DNA of 64,000 nt from Raillietiella orientalis (Eukaryota): assembly GCA_036172245.1 (NCBI GenBank), contig JAYWIR010000035.1, positions 744,001 to 808,000 on the forward strand, in the 5' to 3' direction. This document shows, piece after piece, positions 15,201 through 25,831 of the stretch (positions are counted from its first letter, which is position 1; each line of letters starts with the position of its first letter). A program made the translations under genes and the position numbers. The notes under the pieces were generated by a model that did no database searches, was not told where the DNA came from, and saw nothing but the letters and a program-made list of their open reading frames with translations.

Positions 15201-15699
15201 AAAACGATAGTTTTTACGTCCTGTTTCCAGGCAACAGAGAATTGCAACAAGAATCAAGAACTGCGAATGGTCGCCGGATATGACAGCAGTCATGAGGATC
15301 TGATCGTGAATCTAAATTGGAACGCAAACTTAGAGACATAGAAGCCAAGAACACTTCTAATGTTCGAATCCAGGTCTGTTGAACGTACTCGATACCTTGC
15401 CAAGTTCGCCCACGACTACAAGTATTCTCCAAGGAGTGAAGTCTGTGGTTCCAGAGTGATGTCCATGTAGAAGCTAAGCGTGTGACATCTGTGAGAACTG
15501 TGCCTAACCATATGCCCCTTACACGTCAAAAAGTAGGATGCCAAAAATACGTCCCTGGAAATGTGGGAGTGATACTACTCCTTGGCTACAACAGCACATT
15601 CAAGTCTTCGCAGCTCCATTTCTAAGAGAACTTTTCTTCCTGTCAGGTTCGTGATATAAGTATGAACTATCAGTGGCACGTAATCGTGCCTGTAGGTAT

Positions 15700-17140
15700 C
15701 CGTTTTATATCCTGAAGATTCTTGTGTGTATGAACTTCTGTCTATTGGAAAAGTTTCTCGTGGGCTCTTAGTCTCAGTATTGAACATTTTCCTTACGGTC
15801 TTTATGAAAACTAGATGTGAAGGATGATGGCCTTTCCGGGTCCTGCTGCAGTGCTAAAGAAGACGGGTTGCCACAATGGCAAGAGCGCAGAAAGAAAATG
15901 AACTGAACTAACCGGAGAACACTATATATCGTATATTAATGTACGTATGGCCCATACTGGCCGATGAATCAGACATGTTCATCATGGACAGCTGTCTCAA
16001 ATTACTTCCGGACAATGCTGTCAAGAAATTGACCCAGGAGACGCTCGAAGAAGTGGTTCGAAAGAGAATCCTCAGACCACCATCAGACGAAGATCTCAGG
16101 GAGTTTACGACAGGCACTTGCTCGGGAAACTTTGCCCAGCGTGGCAGGGACATCGAGAGCTTGTGGTCAAAAGGAAGAAGAGCTTCGAGCAGAACGAAAG
16201 CCTGTTGGAAATCCACTGGTGGAGAGGTCAGAGATAACGATTGACAGCGTCACCTTCAGCAGTAGTATGAGAAGATTTATCTTCGGAGTCAGCGCATCGC
16301 AGAGAGAGCACGCGTGGCAATCTCTCGTTTTCAAGAGCATCCCAGTCAAGGGAGGGCCACGCAGTGCGTGGGTACTCATCACGCTTCAAGCTTCTTTCTC
16401 GCAAACGGAGAGTACCTAAGGTTCCCAGATTGTAAATTCATTCACTCAGCACGGCATCCACGCATGGTTCTCCCAACCAGGGGCCGCGTCCAGAAAGATA
16501 ATAGCGGATCGCACATACCGGCGCTGCCGGATAAATGACGAAACACTGCCTCATATCTTAAACCACCGCAAGAGGCACTATCGTCTGTTCAATGCACGGC
16601 ACGATGCGATCCAGGAAATGATCACGATTGCCGCGGTGGATGAAGCGAACTGGACCCTAGTGTCAACAAACCTGAAAGCTAGAAGAGTACACTCCCTCTT
16701 GCGACCAGACCTGGTATGGAAGAAGGGCAATCGCATAATAGTGCTGGACATCTGCTGCTCGTTCGAGGATGGAAGAGAGGCGTTCAGCACCGCTAGGAAA
16801 AACAAGGTGGAGAAATGCACAGAAGTGGCCCTCCAGCTAAACAAGGAAGGGAAGCAATGCAAGGTGCATGCTCTCTTTGTTGGTTCACTAGGGGTCTGGG
16901 ACCCAGATAATGAAGAGGTGCTTCACGATCTTGGAGTCCCTAGGAAGCATTCGGGGAGGATGAGGCACCGGATGGTGACCTCGTGCATCCGATACTTTGG
17001 GGCCATCTACGCGACCTTCACCACAGGAAGAATATCAGATGGGACCGAAGCTTGTGTGCAGCCGGAAAAAAAAACAGAGATCAGCTCCTGCAGGATAGAG
17101 GTCACGATGAGGCTAAGGGGCAACAGGCGCCCCGGATAGA
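15700..17140 (+). mobile_element. Decayed RLE-type non-LTR retrotransposon (NeSL/Utopia-like), post-RT region, Zn-knuckle remnant and restriction-like endonuclease
   Basis: VVRKRILRPPSDEDLREFTTG..DIESLWSKGRRAS; FFLANGEYLRFPDCKFIHSAR; ETLPHILNH..ARHDAIQ; LRPDLVWKKGNRIIVLDICCSFEDG..ARKNKVEKC; FVGSLGVWDP. These are the RHD / PD-(D/E) / KxxKY-type motifs of R2/NeSL-group elements. Frameshifts and stops present. Confidence 0.88.
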
Positions 17141-17769
17141 TAGCTGAGGAAACCCAGAAGGATAAGAGTTTTATTGATGCATTCTCTCAAAAAAATCAAG
17201 TAGAAACTTGAAAGTCTCATGTCAGTTGTCTTCATTTTTTACCTGCTCTCTTGTGAGCAACGCGACTGAGAACTGCTTGTTGAAGATGAGAATTCGGATC
17301 CACAGAGCGTGACACGAACATGAGAGGATATTTTGGCCTATGCCTTCTGCACTTGTTTTACATCTTATTCGATAAAAAGTAGGAGCAATCAAGTGCACAT
17401 CTGTGCCTTTCTTTCTTTGTGAAAGTAAAAGGGAATTTGGAATGCACTTTGGCTTGTCAAAGAGGACTTGTTCTTCGTTCTGCTCCGTCAGCCGCCAGGG
17501 AGTTAGTGATCGTTAGTGAATCAGCTGATCACTTGAGAATCAATTCATCCCTGTTCTGTGCAAACGAAAGAAAAGCTTGGAATCCTCCAGTTTGGAAACT
17601 ATCAGATCTCCCAATTCTCAAAAAGATAATTGTTTCTCCCAACCGTTCCACTTCGTCTATCATCAACAACTAAAACGTTAACTGCTGCTGAATCGGTTGC
17701 AAAGACTCTCGTTTTTTTTTTTTTTTTAATAAACCGGTTGAAAGTATTTTCCTTCCAGGTCAAAAACCT

Positions 17770-18408
17770 TTAAAATTTTCTCTTCGCGGATGGATTCGGG
17801 ACAGGAAGGACAGTTTCGTTTTGTGAGTTTCTATTTCTGATGTAAAATCCAAACCGGGGACCGCTATATGCGAAGGATGGACGGCCATTGGGTCCAGCAG
17901 GCTGGAACACGAAAGTATCTCTCATAGGTCCAAACATCCCGAATCCTGAGTAAAATGGTAACAGATTTTCTATTGTTCCAGGAGGGCTGATGGTAGAAGG
18001 GGTGATGACCGGGGCAATGGTCTGATATCCGTCAAGAGCAATCGAATTAAAGCCATTATAGTGATAATTCGGGCTGGAGTAATGCCCCAAGAGATTACTG
18101 AGGAGCTCTAACGGATTCAGGATCCTTCCCGAACTTGGATACAGGTACCTAGCTTCTTGTCTATCCTCTTCGCGCGCCCTGGACACGTCTTCGCTGTCTC
18201 GGAAGGAGGCATCCGGTAGCTCCGGAACTGCTGCAGTTTGGGCAGAATCTTCAAACAGATCGATGTCATAAGGTACTGGCCAGTATAGTTTAGCAATCAT
18301 GCATTCAGGCTCATCTTTAATATAACACCAAACATGACCGGTCATCAACTTACCCATAATGGCACAACAGTACTGCATGAGCAGCAGGGAGAAACAAGGA
18401 ATTCCCAT
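17770..18408 (-). CDS. 'GPNG-FGFY' family copy 3: apparently intact two-exon secreted precursor (exon 1 18408-18354, exon 2 18230-17770)
   Basis: Signal-like MGIPCFSLLLMQYCCAIM followed by a perfect phase-1 G|GTAAGT donor, a 123-nt intron and a CAG(CAG) acceptor. Then acidic PELPDASFRDSEDVSRAREEDRQEAR, SGR|ILNPLELLSNLLG, and C-terminal FVFQPAGPNGRPSFAYSGPRFGFYIRN. The intron is in frame and stop-free, so the ORF track shows one 240-aa ORF. Confidence 0.75.
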   Translation of the reverse strand: MGIPCFSLLLMQYCCAIMGKLMTGHVWCYIKDEPECMIAKLYWPVPYDIDLFEDSAQTAAVPELPDASFRDSEDVSRAREEDRQEARYLYPSSGRILNPLELLSNLLGHYSSPNYHYNGFNSIALDGYQTIAPVITPSTISPPGTIENLLPFYSGFGMFGPMRDTFVFQPAGPNGRPSFAYSGPRFGFYIRNRNSQNETVLPVPNPSAKRKF

Positions 18409-19001
18409 GTCACAGAAAGCGAAAACATCGGATGGCACTTCATCACAAGTGAATTCGGTCTCCAGGAGAACCGGCGGCTTATATTCCATCACAGACCTAT
18501 TGTATTGTCCCTATATCGACCTTGTCTTACATTGGACGCCACTTTCTGTTCCTTTCGCGTTCGGCATCCCTTGCATGACGTTAGAAGCACGCTGCAGGTT
18601 TCTGGATCGCTTGCGTTCGGCCATCCCTAGCTCTCAGAACGGATGAAGGAAACTGAGGAGCAGTATGTGTGCGCGCGCACTCGGATCAACACGCATAAGT
18701 GTACGCGCATAACCTACCACTCGGTCCATTAAATCTCTTGTCGAACGAAGCTCCGTCTCTACTCTGGTTCTCAGCCATTGGTCTGGAGTTCCCGTGCTCC
18801 TGCCCAAACTCTTAACGCTTTCCGCTGATGGAACCTGCCTCCTCCTCTCCCCCTTTCCGATTCCTGCGACCTGCTGATCCGTTGCTCCGTACCCATGAGG
18901 CACGCCCCCCATTCCGAGATCCTCCTTCTACCTCGCTGGCCCTTTCTGCAGGAGTCCGGATTTCCTGGGGAATTTCGGAGCCACTGTTATGGGGTTCTGC
19001 A

Positions 19002-19426
19002 TTTTCTCCCGGGTGCGCCGGGGCGTTCGTTTCACACAGACAGACAAACAAAAACAAAAACAAAGGGGAATCTCTTGGGATTGTGTGCCCAACCGAGCCT
19101 CTGACAATGTATAGGGGGCCCCGACGGGATCCACAGCATCACGGGAAGGGGAGAGGAAGGGAGGGAAATGAGGAAAGTCACATAAATAGAAGCAGTCTGG
19201 AAAAACGAGGGAGGAGTAGGGAAGGGATCCCGTCTCGTGATGTGGAATCCTCTGCGTCCTTTGCAGGATACCGACGAGCTTCTCCTTATTGCTGCGCAGG
19301 TGGGTCCACCTCGTCGCGACTTCAAGGAACCGGATGGCGAAGAGAGTGGTGGTGGCTCCCTTGTCGCCTGCCGTCTCCTCCCGGCGTCCCTCCTGGAGGC
19401 GCAGCGCAGCGTTGCAGCAGCTGGCA
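19002..19426 (-). mobile_element. Tx1/L1-like LINE 3' fragment (ORF2 C-terminus, 3'UTR, terminal hairpin)
   Basis: LFAIRFLEVATRWTHLRSNKEKLVGILQRTQRIP is homologous to HALRFLRIAARWSRLGAIGTDLAGILKRMRRTP (27.4 kb). T-rich UTR; ends GAACGCCCCGGCGCACCCGGGAGAAAA. Confidence 0.8.
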
Positions 19427-19462
19427 ATCGGGCACTCCTCAAAAGGAGTGCCCGATAGAGTG

Positions 19463-20447
19463 CCTGTTGTTTTTTTTCGGCTTTTCTTCCTTTTGGTTCG
19501 CTAAGTACCTCAAGAGCCGGTCGCGTACCTCGCGGCGCACGTTGCTCTTTAACACGGTTCCACGCCACCCGCGGAGGGTGCATGTAATTCTTCAAGATAG
19601 GGGCACCCCGAAAAGGAGGGATCCGCCCTATGAATCCAGAAAGGGCTCGAAGTCCGTTCCTCTCACGCTTGGGGAGGAGGGATAGAACTTCCCAGCCTGG
19701 TTGTCTCCGAAGGGGAACCCAGAAGGGAATCTCCTTCCTCATTCTCTCCGGAGGACCACCCCGGAGGGCCTCTCCATTTCATCTTCTCCGAAGGGAACCT
19801 GGAAAGGATCCGCTTAATGGGGAGGGGCTGTCCTCTCCATTTCAACTTCTCTGAAGGGAACCCGGAAAGGATCCGCTAGCAGGAATTTCTTCTCCGGAGG
19901 GAACCCGCAAGGGAACCGCTCCTGTTCACTCCTCTGAAGAGAACCCCGAAGGGACGCTTCCGAAATTCAGAAGGGGCGCTGCAGCTTCCTGCAGGGGGAT
20001 CGCTCTCGCTTGCTTCCTTGTGCACTCTGTGAAGAGGAGACGACTCGGAGGGTCCCCCCTGCAACGGGGAGGGTCCGCTCCTTTGAACAACCAGAAAGGA
20101 GAGGTGCCCGTGAGGGCTCCTGCTCCATCTTGAAACCGGAGGCGGTCCCCCGGTGACGGGGGTCCACTCTCCGTTGCACGACAGGAGGGGGAACTTCCCA
20201 TTCCTTTATTCCTGGAAAAACCCGAAGGTCGACTCCCACTGTTCCGGTCTTCATGGGGGGCCTCCGGCTTAAACCACCAGCGGTGCCACGCCCGAATGTC
20301 TCGGCCAACCAGAGCCATTGCAAGAGGAACCCAACGACGCGGTGGCTCAGAACCCAACGGCGCAGTGGCGTCAGTTTCTGCCGGAGTATTCGAACCCGCA
20401 ACGCAAGGTACCACATGCGGAAGCCTTAACCACAAAGCCTCTGACGC
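19463..20447 (-). mobile_element. Full-length ~1-kb tRNA-derived SINE-like element
   Basis: Head GCGTCAGAGGCTTTGTGGTTAAGGCTTCCGCATGTGG..GCGGGTTCGAATAC..CTGACGC (A/B boxes, self-pairing ends), GC-rich body, internal ~40-bp tandem repeats at 19700-19980, A-rich tail. The 5' ~420 nt closely match 62788-63205. Confidence 0.8.
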
Positions 20448-21029
20448 GGGTCCGTTGGGTTGTCCAACGGTGAGGGAAGGGACTCGGAGAAGCGTTTCTC
20501 GTAGCTTCCACAAGGTAGCACATGTCACTGGCAGGTGTGTGTGTGTGGGGGGAAAAGGTCTCCTTCTCTCCGCGGCTGGTGCGGTTGGAACTGGCGCTCT
20601 CCCTCGTCCAGTGGCAGTGGCGCCGCCTGAGGGGAAGGCGCGAGTTACCCGCGATCACTGGGGGGTGCCTGCAGCTCTTCCGGCGGGATGCCGAACAGTT
20701 CACCCCTGCGAACAAGTTCTCAGGGAAAGGTCAAGGTTCCTGCGGAGTCAGCGAGATGACGCCGCAGGTCGGTCGCTAAGAGATTTCCTCCTGCTGCCCG
20801 AGAAACCTCCCGCCTCTCCAGCGGGAAGGCGCCTTGAGCCTCGAGGGCGGAGGACACACACTACAGCGAAGGGGATGGCAGCTGACGGGCAGGCCAGCAA
20901 GATTTCGCATCCGATGCTGCTTTCATCCAAGCCCGAGAGCATCCTGAACATGGAAACGACTTCGTCGGCTCCTCCGTATCCAGGCTGCCGAATCCTCGGA
21001 CACGAAGTACTCGAAGCCTCAGCGTCTTG

Positions 21030-21672
21030 TCCTTTCGTTTGGGTTTGCTCTTCAAGAGTTGGGGGGTAACCCCGGAAGGGGATCACTCTATGAATCTAGG
21101 AAGAGCTTTGGAGGAAGGAGCTCGTTCCTCTCACTCTCGGGAGGAAACCCCGAAGGGAACCCCCCTCTTCCTTATTCTGTTCCGGAGGGACACCCGGTTT
21201 GTGGGGGCCACTCCTCGTTTCCTCTCTGGAGGAAACTCCCGCAAGGGAACCGTTCCGTTTCTTCCTCTGAAGAGAGAACTCCGAAAAGACGCTTCCTGAT
21301 TTCTCTGGAGGGCGATCTCCGGAGGGAGCAGCACGCTTCTTGAAACTCGAGAGAGAAAACCATCCCCCTCCAGGGGAGGAAAGGATGGCCCCATCTCCCA
21401 ACCGGAGGGGAGCCCCATAGGGAACTTTCCCTCTGATGCCCTGGAAGGAACCCCGGAGAGTCGACTTCCAATCCCGGTTAGTCAAAGGGGGGCATCCGGC
21501 TTCCATCCGTGCCAACCGAAGCCGACCAGCTCCATCCTACGGAAGGGAGGGGAAGAGACTCGACACCTACGCCGCAGCCCCCATTCTTGGCGTCTATCGT
21601 TCCCGGGCTGTAGGGTTCGAACCCGCATCGCCTGGTGCCACTCGCGGGGAGACCGCAGCCACCAACGCGCTA
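21030..21672 (-). mobile_element. tRNA-derived SINE-like element, second subfamily, 3'-truncated
   Basis: Head ..GGTGGCTGCGGTCTCCCCGCGAGTGGCACCAGGCGATGCGGGTTCGAACCC; body homologous to 25500-25830; tandem TCTCNGGAGG(A/G)AACCCCGAAGGGA units at 21130-21450. Confidence 0.78.
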
Positions 21673-21734
21673 GGAAGGGGGGGGGGTATCAAGCGAGCAG
21701 ATGACACGAGCCTCATTTTTCACCAAGAGGCTGA

Positions 21735-22438
21735 GCGGTGGCATCCGCTTCAGCAGCCCTGAGGAGTTCTTTCACAGAAGAAGAGCCTCGGCTTTGAGCC
21801 TCAGAGCTTCTTCTCACCCGGATGCACCGGAGCGTTTCTTACTAAACTATCCGGGTACTTTGTTCCCGGACAAAGGACACAGAAAAACGAAGGGAGGGAA
21901 CCCCCACACGCAGGTCGGTAAATCGAGCCTCGAAGCTTCCGTTCCATGCGAGTGACAGGCTGTCTGGCAGGACTGCGTGAACCACAGGGTGGATCGGTTT
22001 CCTCACCTGGCTGAATCCATCCACGCCGCAGGAGGGTGTGAGGATCCCCAATGGAGGGAGAACAAGCGAGGATTTCCGTTTCATCCGCAGGAGGTCCACG
22101 CCATCTGGTGACCGCTCCTTGGGAGTCCCGCTGATCCTTTCAGGATGCTAGAGGCAGACCCGCGTTGCGTTTAGCCTTCCCGCTTCCGAGAAGAATTTCC
22201 TGTGAGGGGGAGTGGGCATGCCCTGGGGGCGTTTTGCGATCTGGAGAAATGGATTCTTTCGCTCCGCAGACTCGTCCTCATTCGCCGAAGGAAGGAAAAG
22301 TCGGCATTTCACCGCGGGATGGTCGGCGGCCCTGAACAGCATCTACGCCGAGCTCCAGATCGGACTCTCACTTCCCTTTCGGGCCTCCTCGAGTGGCACC
22401 GTGAGCTCCTTTCGGTTCAGCCTCGTCCTCATTCGCAT
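21735..22438 (-). pseudogene. SPOP/roadkill-like MATH-BTB pseudogene, intronless, BTB core missing at a LINE insertion
   Basis: One frame with stops: SPIWSSA*MLFRAADHPAVKCRLFLPSANEDESAERKNPFLQI (cf. SPOP [37 protein letters not shown]) and LPDSLSLAWNGSFEARFTDLRVGV (cf. [21 protein letters not shown]). After the insertion, EEALRLKAEALL (cf. SADQLKTQAVDF). Confidence 0.65.
21812..21900 (-). mobile_element. Very short LINE 3'-terminal fragment
   Basis: T-rich stretch then AAGAAACGCTCCGGTGCATCCGGGTGAGAA, matching the conserved LINE terminus. Confidence 0.6.
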
Positions 22439-25400
22439 CCCAGACGCTTCCCTCGCTCGCTTGGATCCACGCGGGAATCGCCCAGGAGACGACGTGCGTC
22501 TTTCACCTCCTTTCGTCTTCCGATTCCACAGATCGCGCGCGCGCGGGTCCGCGGGCCAGGTGTGACCGTCCGTGTGGGGGACGATGGAAGGAGGGGGGTC
22601 GGGGAGCAGCGTACTGCTGCTTCGCGTGTCTCTCGTGCCTCGCGCAGCGTGCACCTCGGTGGCGGAAGGGGGGTAAGAGGGACCTATAAAATGTGCCGGC
22701 CGGCTGCTGCCACCGTCCAGCTGACGTGACCGGGTGGGCGGGTGCAAATCATACATTTGCTCACGCGCCTTTCTTCAGCGTTTCTCCGCTTTCCTACCTC
22801 TCCCGGAAGCCCTGCTCATAGCTGCTCCTCACGAGAAGCAAGAAGCGAGGAAGCGAGTGAGCGCGGCCGGGCTTTGTCCAGCCTCGCTGTTAGGGTGCTC
22901 CGGGTTTGGAGCTCTTCGGATCAGCAGTCGCCGATCCGTACAGGCAAGGGCAGTAGACCAAGGATCTCTGCGACACCCGGGAACGAGGGGAGGAAGTTCC
23001 TGACCCGGGAGTGCGGCTTCGCTTCCCTCCGCTTTTCTGAAGCTGACCTCAGATCGGTTCGGTTAGTTTCTGCGAGGAGGAAGAATGCCCTCGGGATGCT
23101 ACGAATCAGGGAAGGCTGGTGTCTTCCACTCTTCCTTCGGCCCCTTCTCCCAGGACTCTCGTCCTCAGCACATCCCAGCTGAGGGATCTCTGAACACTCG
23201 GGGAAGAGTGTGCCGGGAGGCAGAAAGACTCCGACGTCTCAGAGAGATGTGGCTAGGGGGTCACCAAGCACCGCGCGATGTCAACCTCCGGAGTGGAAAG
23301 GAGATGGAGCGGACTGCTGAGTGACGGTTCCCGGGAGCAACGGCGGGAGTTGGAATACAAGCCCGGGATGTCTTTCCCGGCAAGAGTGAAGGAGTCGCAC
23401 GGCTCTGAACGTCTCGCAGGAGTGGGGCGGGAGATTCCAGGACGGCGGCCACACCGCAAACGGTTCCAGAATGCGGTGCTCACGGAAGCATTCCCAGCAC
23501 AAACGTCGACCCCGCGCCGAAGCGGAGACGCTGACTTCACCACAGCGTCGGATCCTGATACGTCATCCTCTATAGGCCGGGAGTACCAGCAGCATCCGAG
23601 ATCCGTGCAGATGCAGAACGCTTTGTGCATGCCGAGGATGAAGAAGCGCAGCATGGAAACCGAGCACCGAGTGCGCCGTCGAGGGGCTGCGGAGTGGATG
23701 GCAGGTCGGACGTGCTTGACCTGCTGCACCCGAACATCGCCTCGGGTATTCCTGAGGCACAGCACCTGCGGCGGATGTCTGACCATTTCCAAGCTGAACG
23801 TGGACTTCTTCAGGGTCACCAAGGTGGCGCGCACCGGAAGCAGGCGGAAGACACCGCCATGGAGCTGCGCGCGTCCAAGATCCCCAGGAGCCTCCTCCTC
23901 GCGCCAGCGTTCCTCATGTGCCCGCCTGGAGAAAGCTCAGCGGAGATCCCCCTTACGCGTAAGAACTTTCCTGTTCTCGGGACGCCTTCCAAGGGATCAC
24001 CCTTGAGAGAACGACATGGAGCGGAGTGGGGGAAGAGACCCTCGTCGGGAACGGAAGATTCGAGCGACCGCATCGAGTGCCAGGGCTGACCTTTACTTAC
24101 GTCCCTCCGACGAATCGTCGTGTTGTTTGGATTAGTTAACACACTCCGGGTGGTAAAAACCAGCCAATGTGAGGGGGGAAGGAAGGGGGAGGCGCAGACG
24201 CTGCCTCGCGAGAGCCGTTCGTGTCCCGACGGTGGGTTGGCGCTCCGGACGATGCATCGGCCCTTCATCTCCAGAAGCTTCGTAGCGTGGTGTTCTGCGT
24301 TGAGGAGCGGTCCTGCGTGAGGTAAGCAGACCGCAGCGCCGCTTCCGATGGCGGATGGACTCGCAGGACGCGCCTCTGCGAAACGTAGGCGTCTGTGCCC
24401 CGCAGTCTTTCCCGCCAACCCACTGGAACCAGCGTCAGCGGGAGGTCCGCCTCCACAAAGGGTTGACCTGCGGGTCCGCGCATTCAACCGAAAGCGAAAG
24501 CAACCGAGTCGTGAATCGTTCTCGGGCGAGCGCGGCGGTGCGCCGCTGCACATACCGGATGTTCGCTTTGGGCACAGCTTTCCGTCTTCAAGGCTCGCCG
24601 CATGGAGCGCTGCTCTTCGATTTGCGGCGAACAATCCTCCTCCTCCAGGGACGTCCGACGAAGCGCACCCGATGGACGGAGACGCCACGACCCTCCTCCT
24701 TCCTTCAATGACCGTGGCGACCGAGGGATGTGGGACTGGGAAAGGACCGGAGGACGAATCGCTGGAGACGCCTGCAGGGCGTTTCGCCTTCCGCGATGGC
24801 GCTTCCATGCAAGAGGGCCACCTCCGTCGTCTCCACCGTCACCACCTCCCGCGGCTGTCTTCGTTGACCCGCAGCGACCCGCAGAAGATCCTCGAGTCCT
24901 CGAAACCCGCGTCCGCCTCGCGTCCGGACGAGCGCTGGAGGAAAGCTGGCGGCGCCCGGCGATCACCGGAGGCACTGCCGCTGGGGGTCGGCGGTAGGGC
25001 TGAGCCGATTTTCGGGAGCATCCCGCGAGTGCGCACGAACGCTTATGTCCGTGCACTAGAGGGTGCGATGAGAGAGTTCGTGTTCGAGAGGAACGTCCAG
25101 CTCTTCGAAGGCAGCAGGAAAGATGAGCGACGCTGAAAGAAGAGGAAGCGAAGGGACTCCGGTCGGAACTGCCCAAGCCCTGGAAGATCACCTGGAGGCT
25201 CGTCAACCCAGGCTGGTAAGTCCATAACGGCTCCTCTCGTGTGGTGCGTTCTTCATTCTTCCCTTCAAGGAGAACTGGATGCTCCAGAAAACAGCCTCTC
25301 GATTGCCTCTGAGCACTTCGACGCCCGCGGTCGCCTTCTGGATACCGATATGACGCTCACCATAGAGAATTTTCGGTCAAAGAAAAGCAGCCTCGGGTGT

Positions 25401-25494
25401 GCTCTGAATCTGCATTGCATCTGTTCATGCTGGATGTGTGCAAAAGAAACGGCGTCTCCATCGCTCCCTGGGTTGGCAGGGCGAAGAGCCCCTC

Positions 25495-25830
25495 GGCTGC
25501 GTTGGCGGCAGCGTGGGCTGCGGTCTCTCCGCGCGGGGTACCAGGCGTTGCGGGTTCGAACCCTCCAGTCCGCGAAAGATTGAGAACGGGGGGTGCGTCG
25601 TAAGTTTCGAGTCTCTATCCCTCCCCCCCGAAGGATGGCGCTGGTCGGTTGGCTTCGGGTGCGGCGGCACTGGTGGATAACAGACGTCCCGTTGACAGGC
25701 CGGGATTCGAAGTCAACCCTCGGGGCTCCTTCCAGGATCTCAAGGGGGAGGTTCCTTCCAAAGTTTTCCTCTGGCTGGGGGATGAGGTCTTTGTCCTCCC
25801 TCCTGGGTAGGGAACCTCCGTCGCGAGCTG
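25495..25830 (+). mobile_element. tRNA-derived SINE 5' part
   Basis: A-box-like TGGCGGCAGCGTGG, B-box GGTTCGAACCC, body alignable to the reverse complement of 21400-21670. Confidence 0.78.
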
Positions 25831-25831
25831 G

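Noticed and set aside
17140..17220. U2 snRNA target flank expected for Utopia elements
   Set aside because: Only ATCAAGT matches by chance; no recognisable U2 sequence on either side.
18493..18912. N-terminal extension of the 17770 ORF (same frame, two stops)
   Set aside because: A signal-peptide exon with a canonical donor at 18408-18354 explains the gene better; the upstream frame has no recognisable similarity.
20365..20447. Functional tRNA-His gene (also at 21670, 25500, 30150, 35400, 62788)
   Set aside because: Anticodon and T stems do not pair as a canonical cloverleaf, and every copy continues into the same repeat body, so these are SINE heads.
19700..21450. CRISPR-like repeat-spacer array
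   Set aside because: Units are degenerate, linkers short and related to each other, the array lies inside a eukaryotic SINE, and no cas genes are present.
293..22438. Functional clustering of two CUL3 adaptors (LZTR1 and SPOP-like)
   Set aside because: The SPOP-like copy is dead and MATH-BTB copies are often numerous in arthropods; proximity is likely coincidental.
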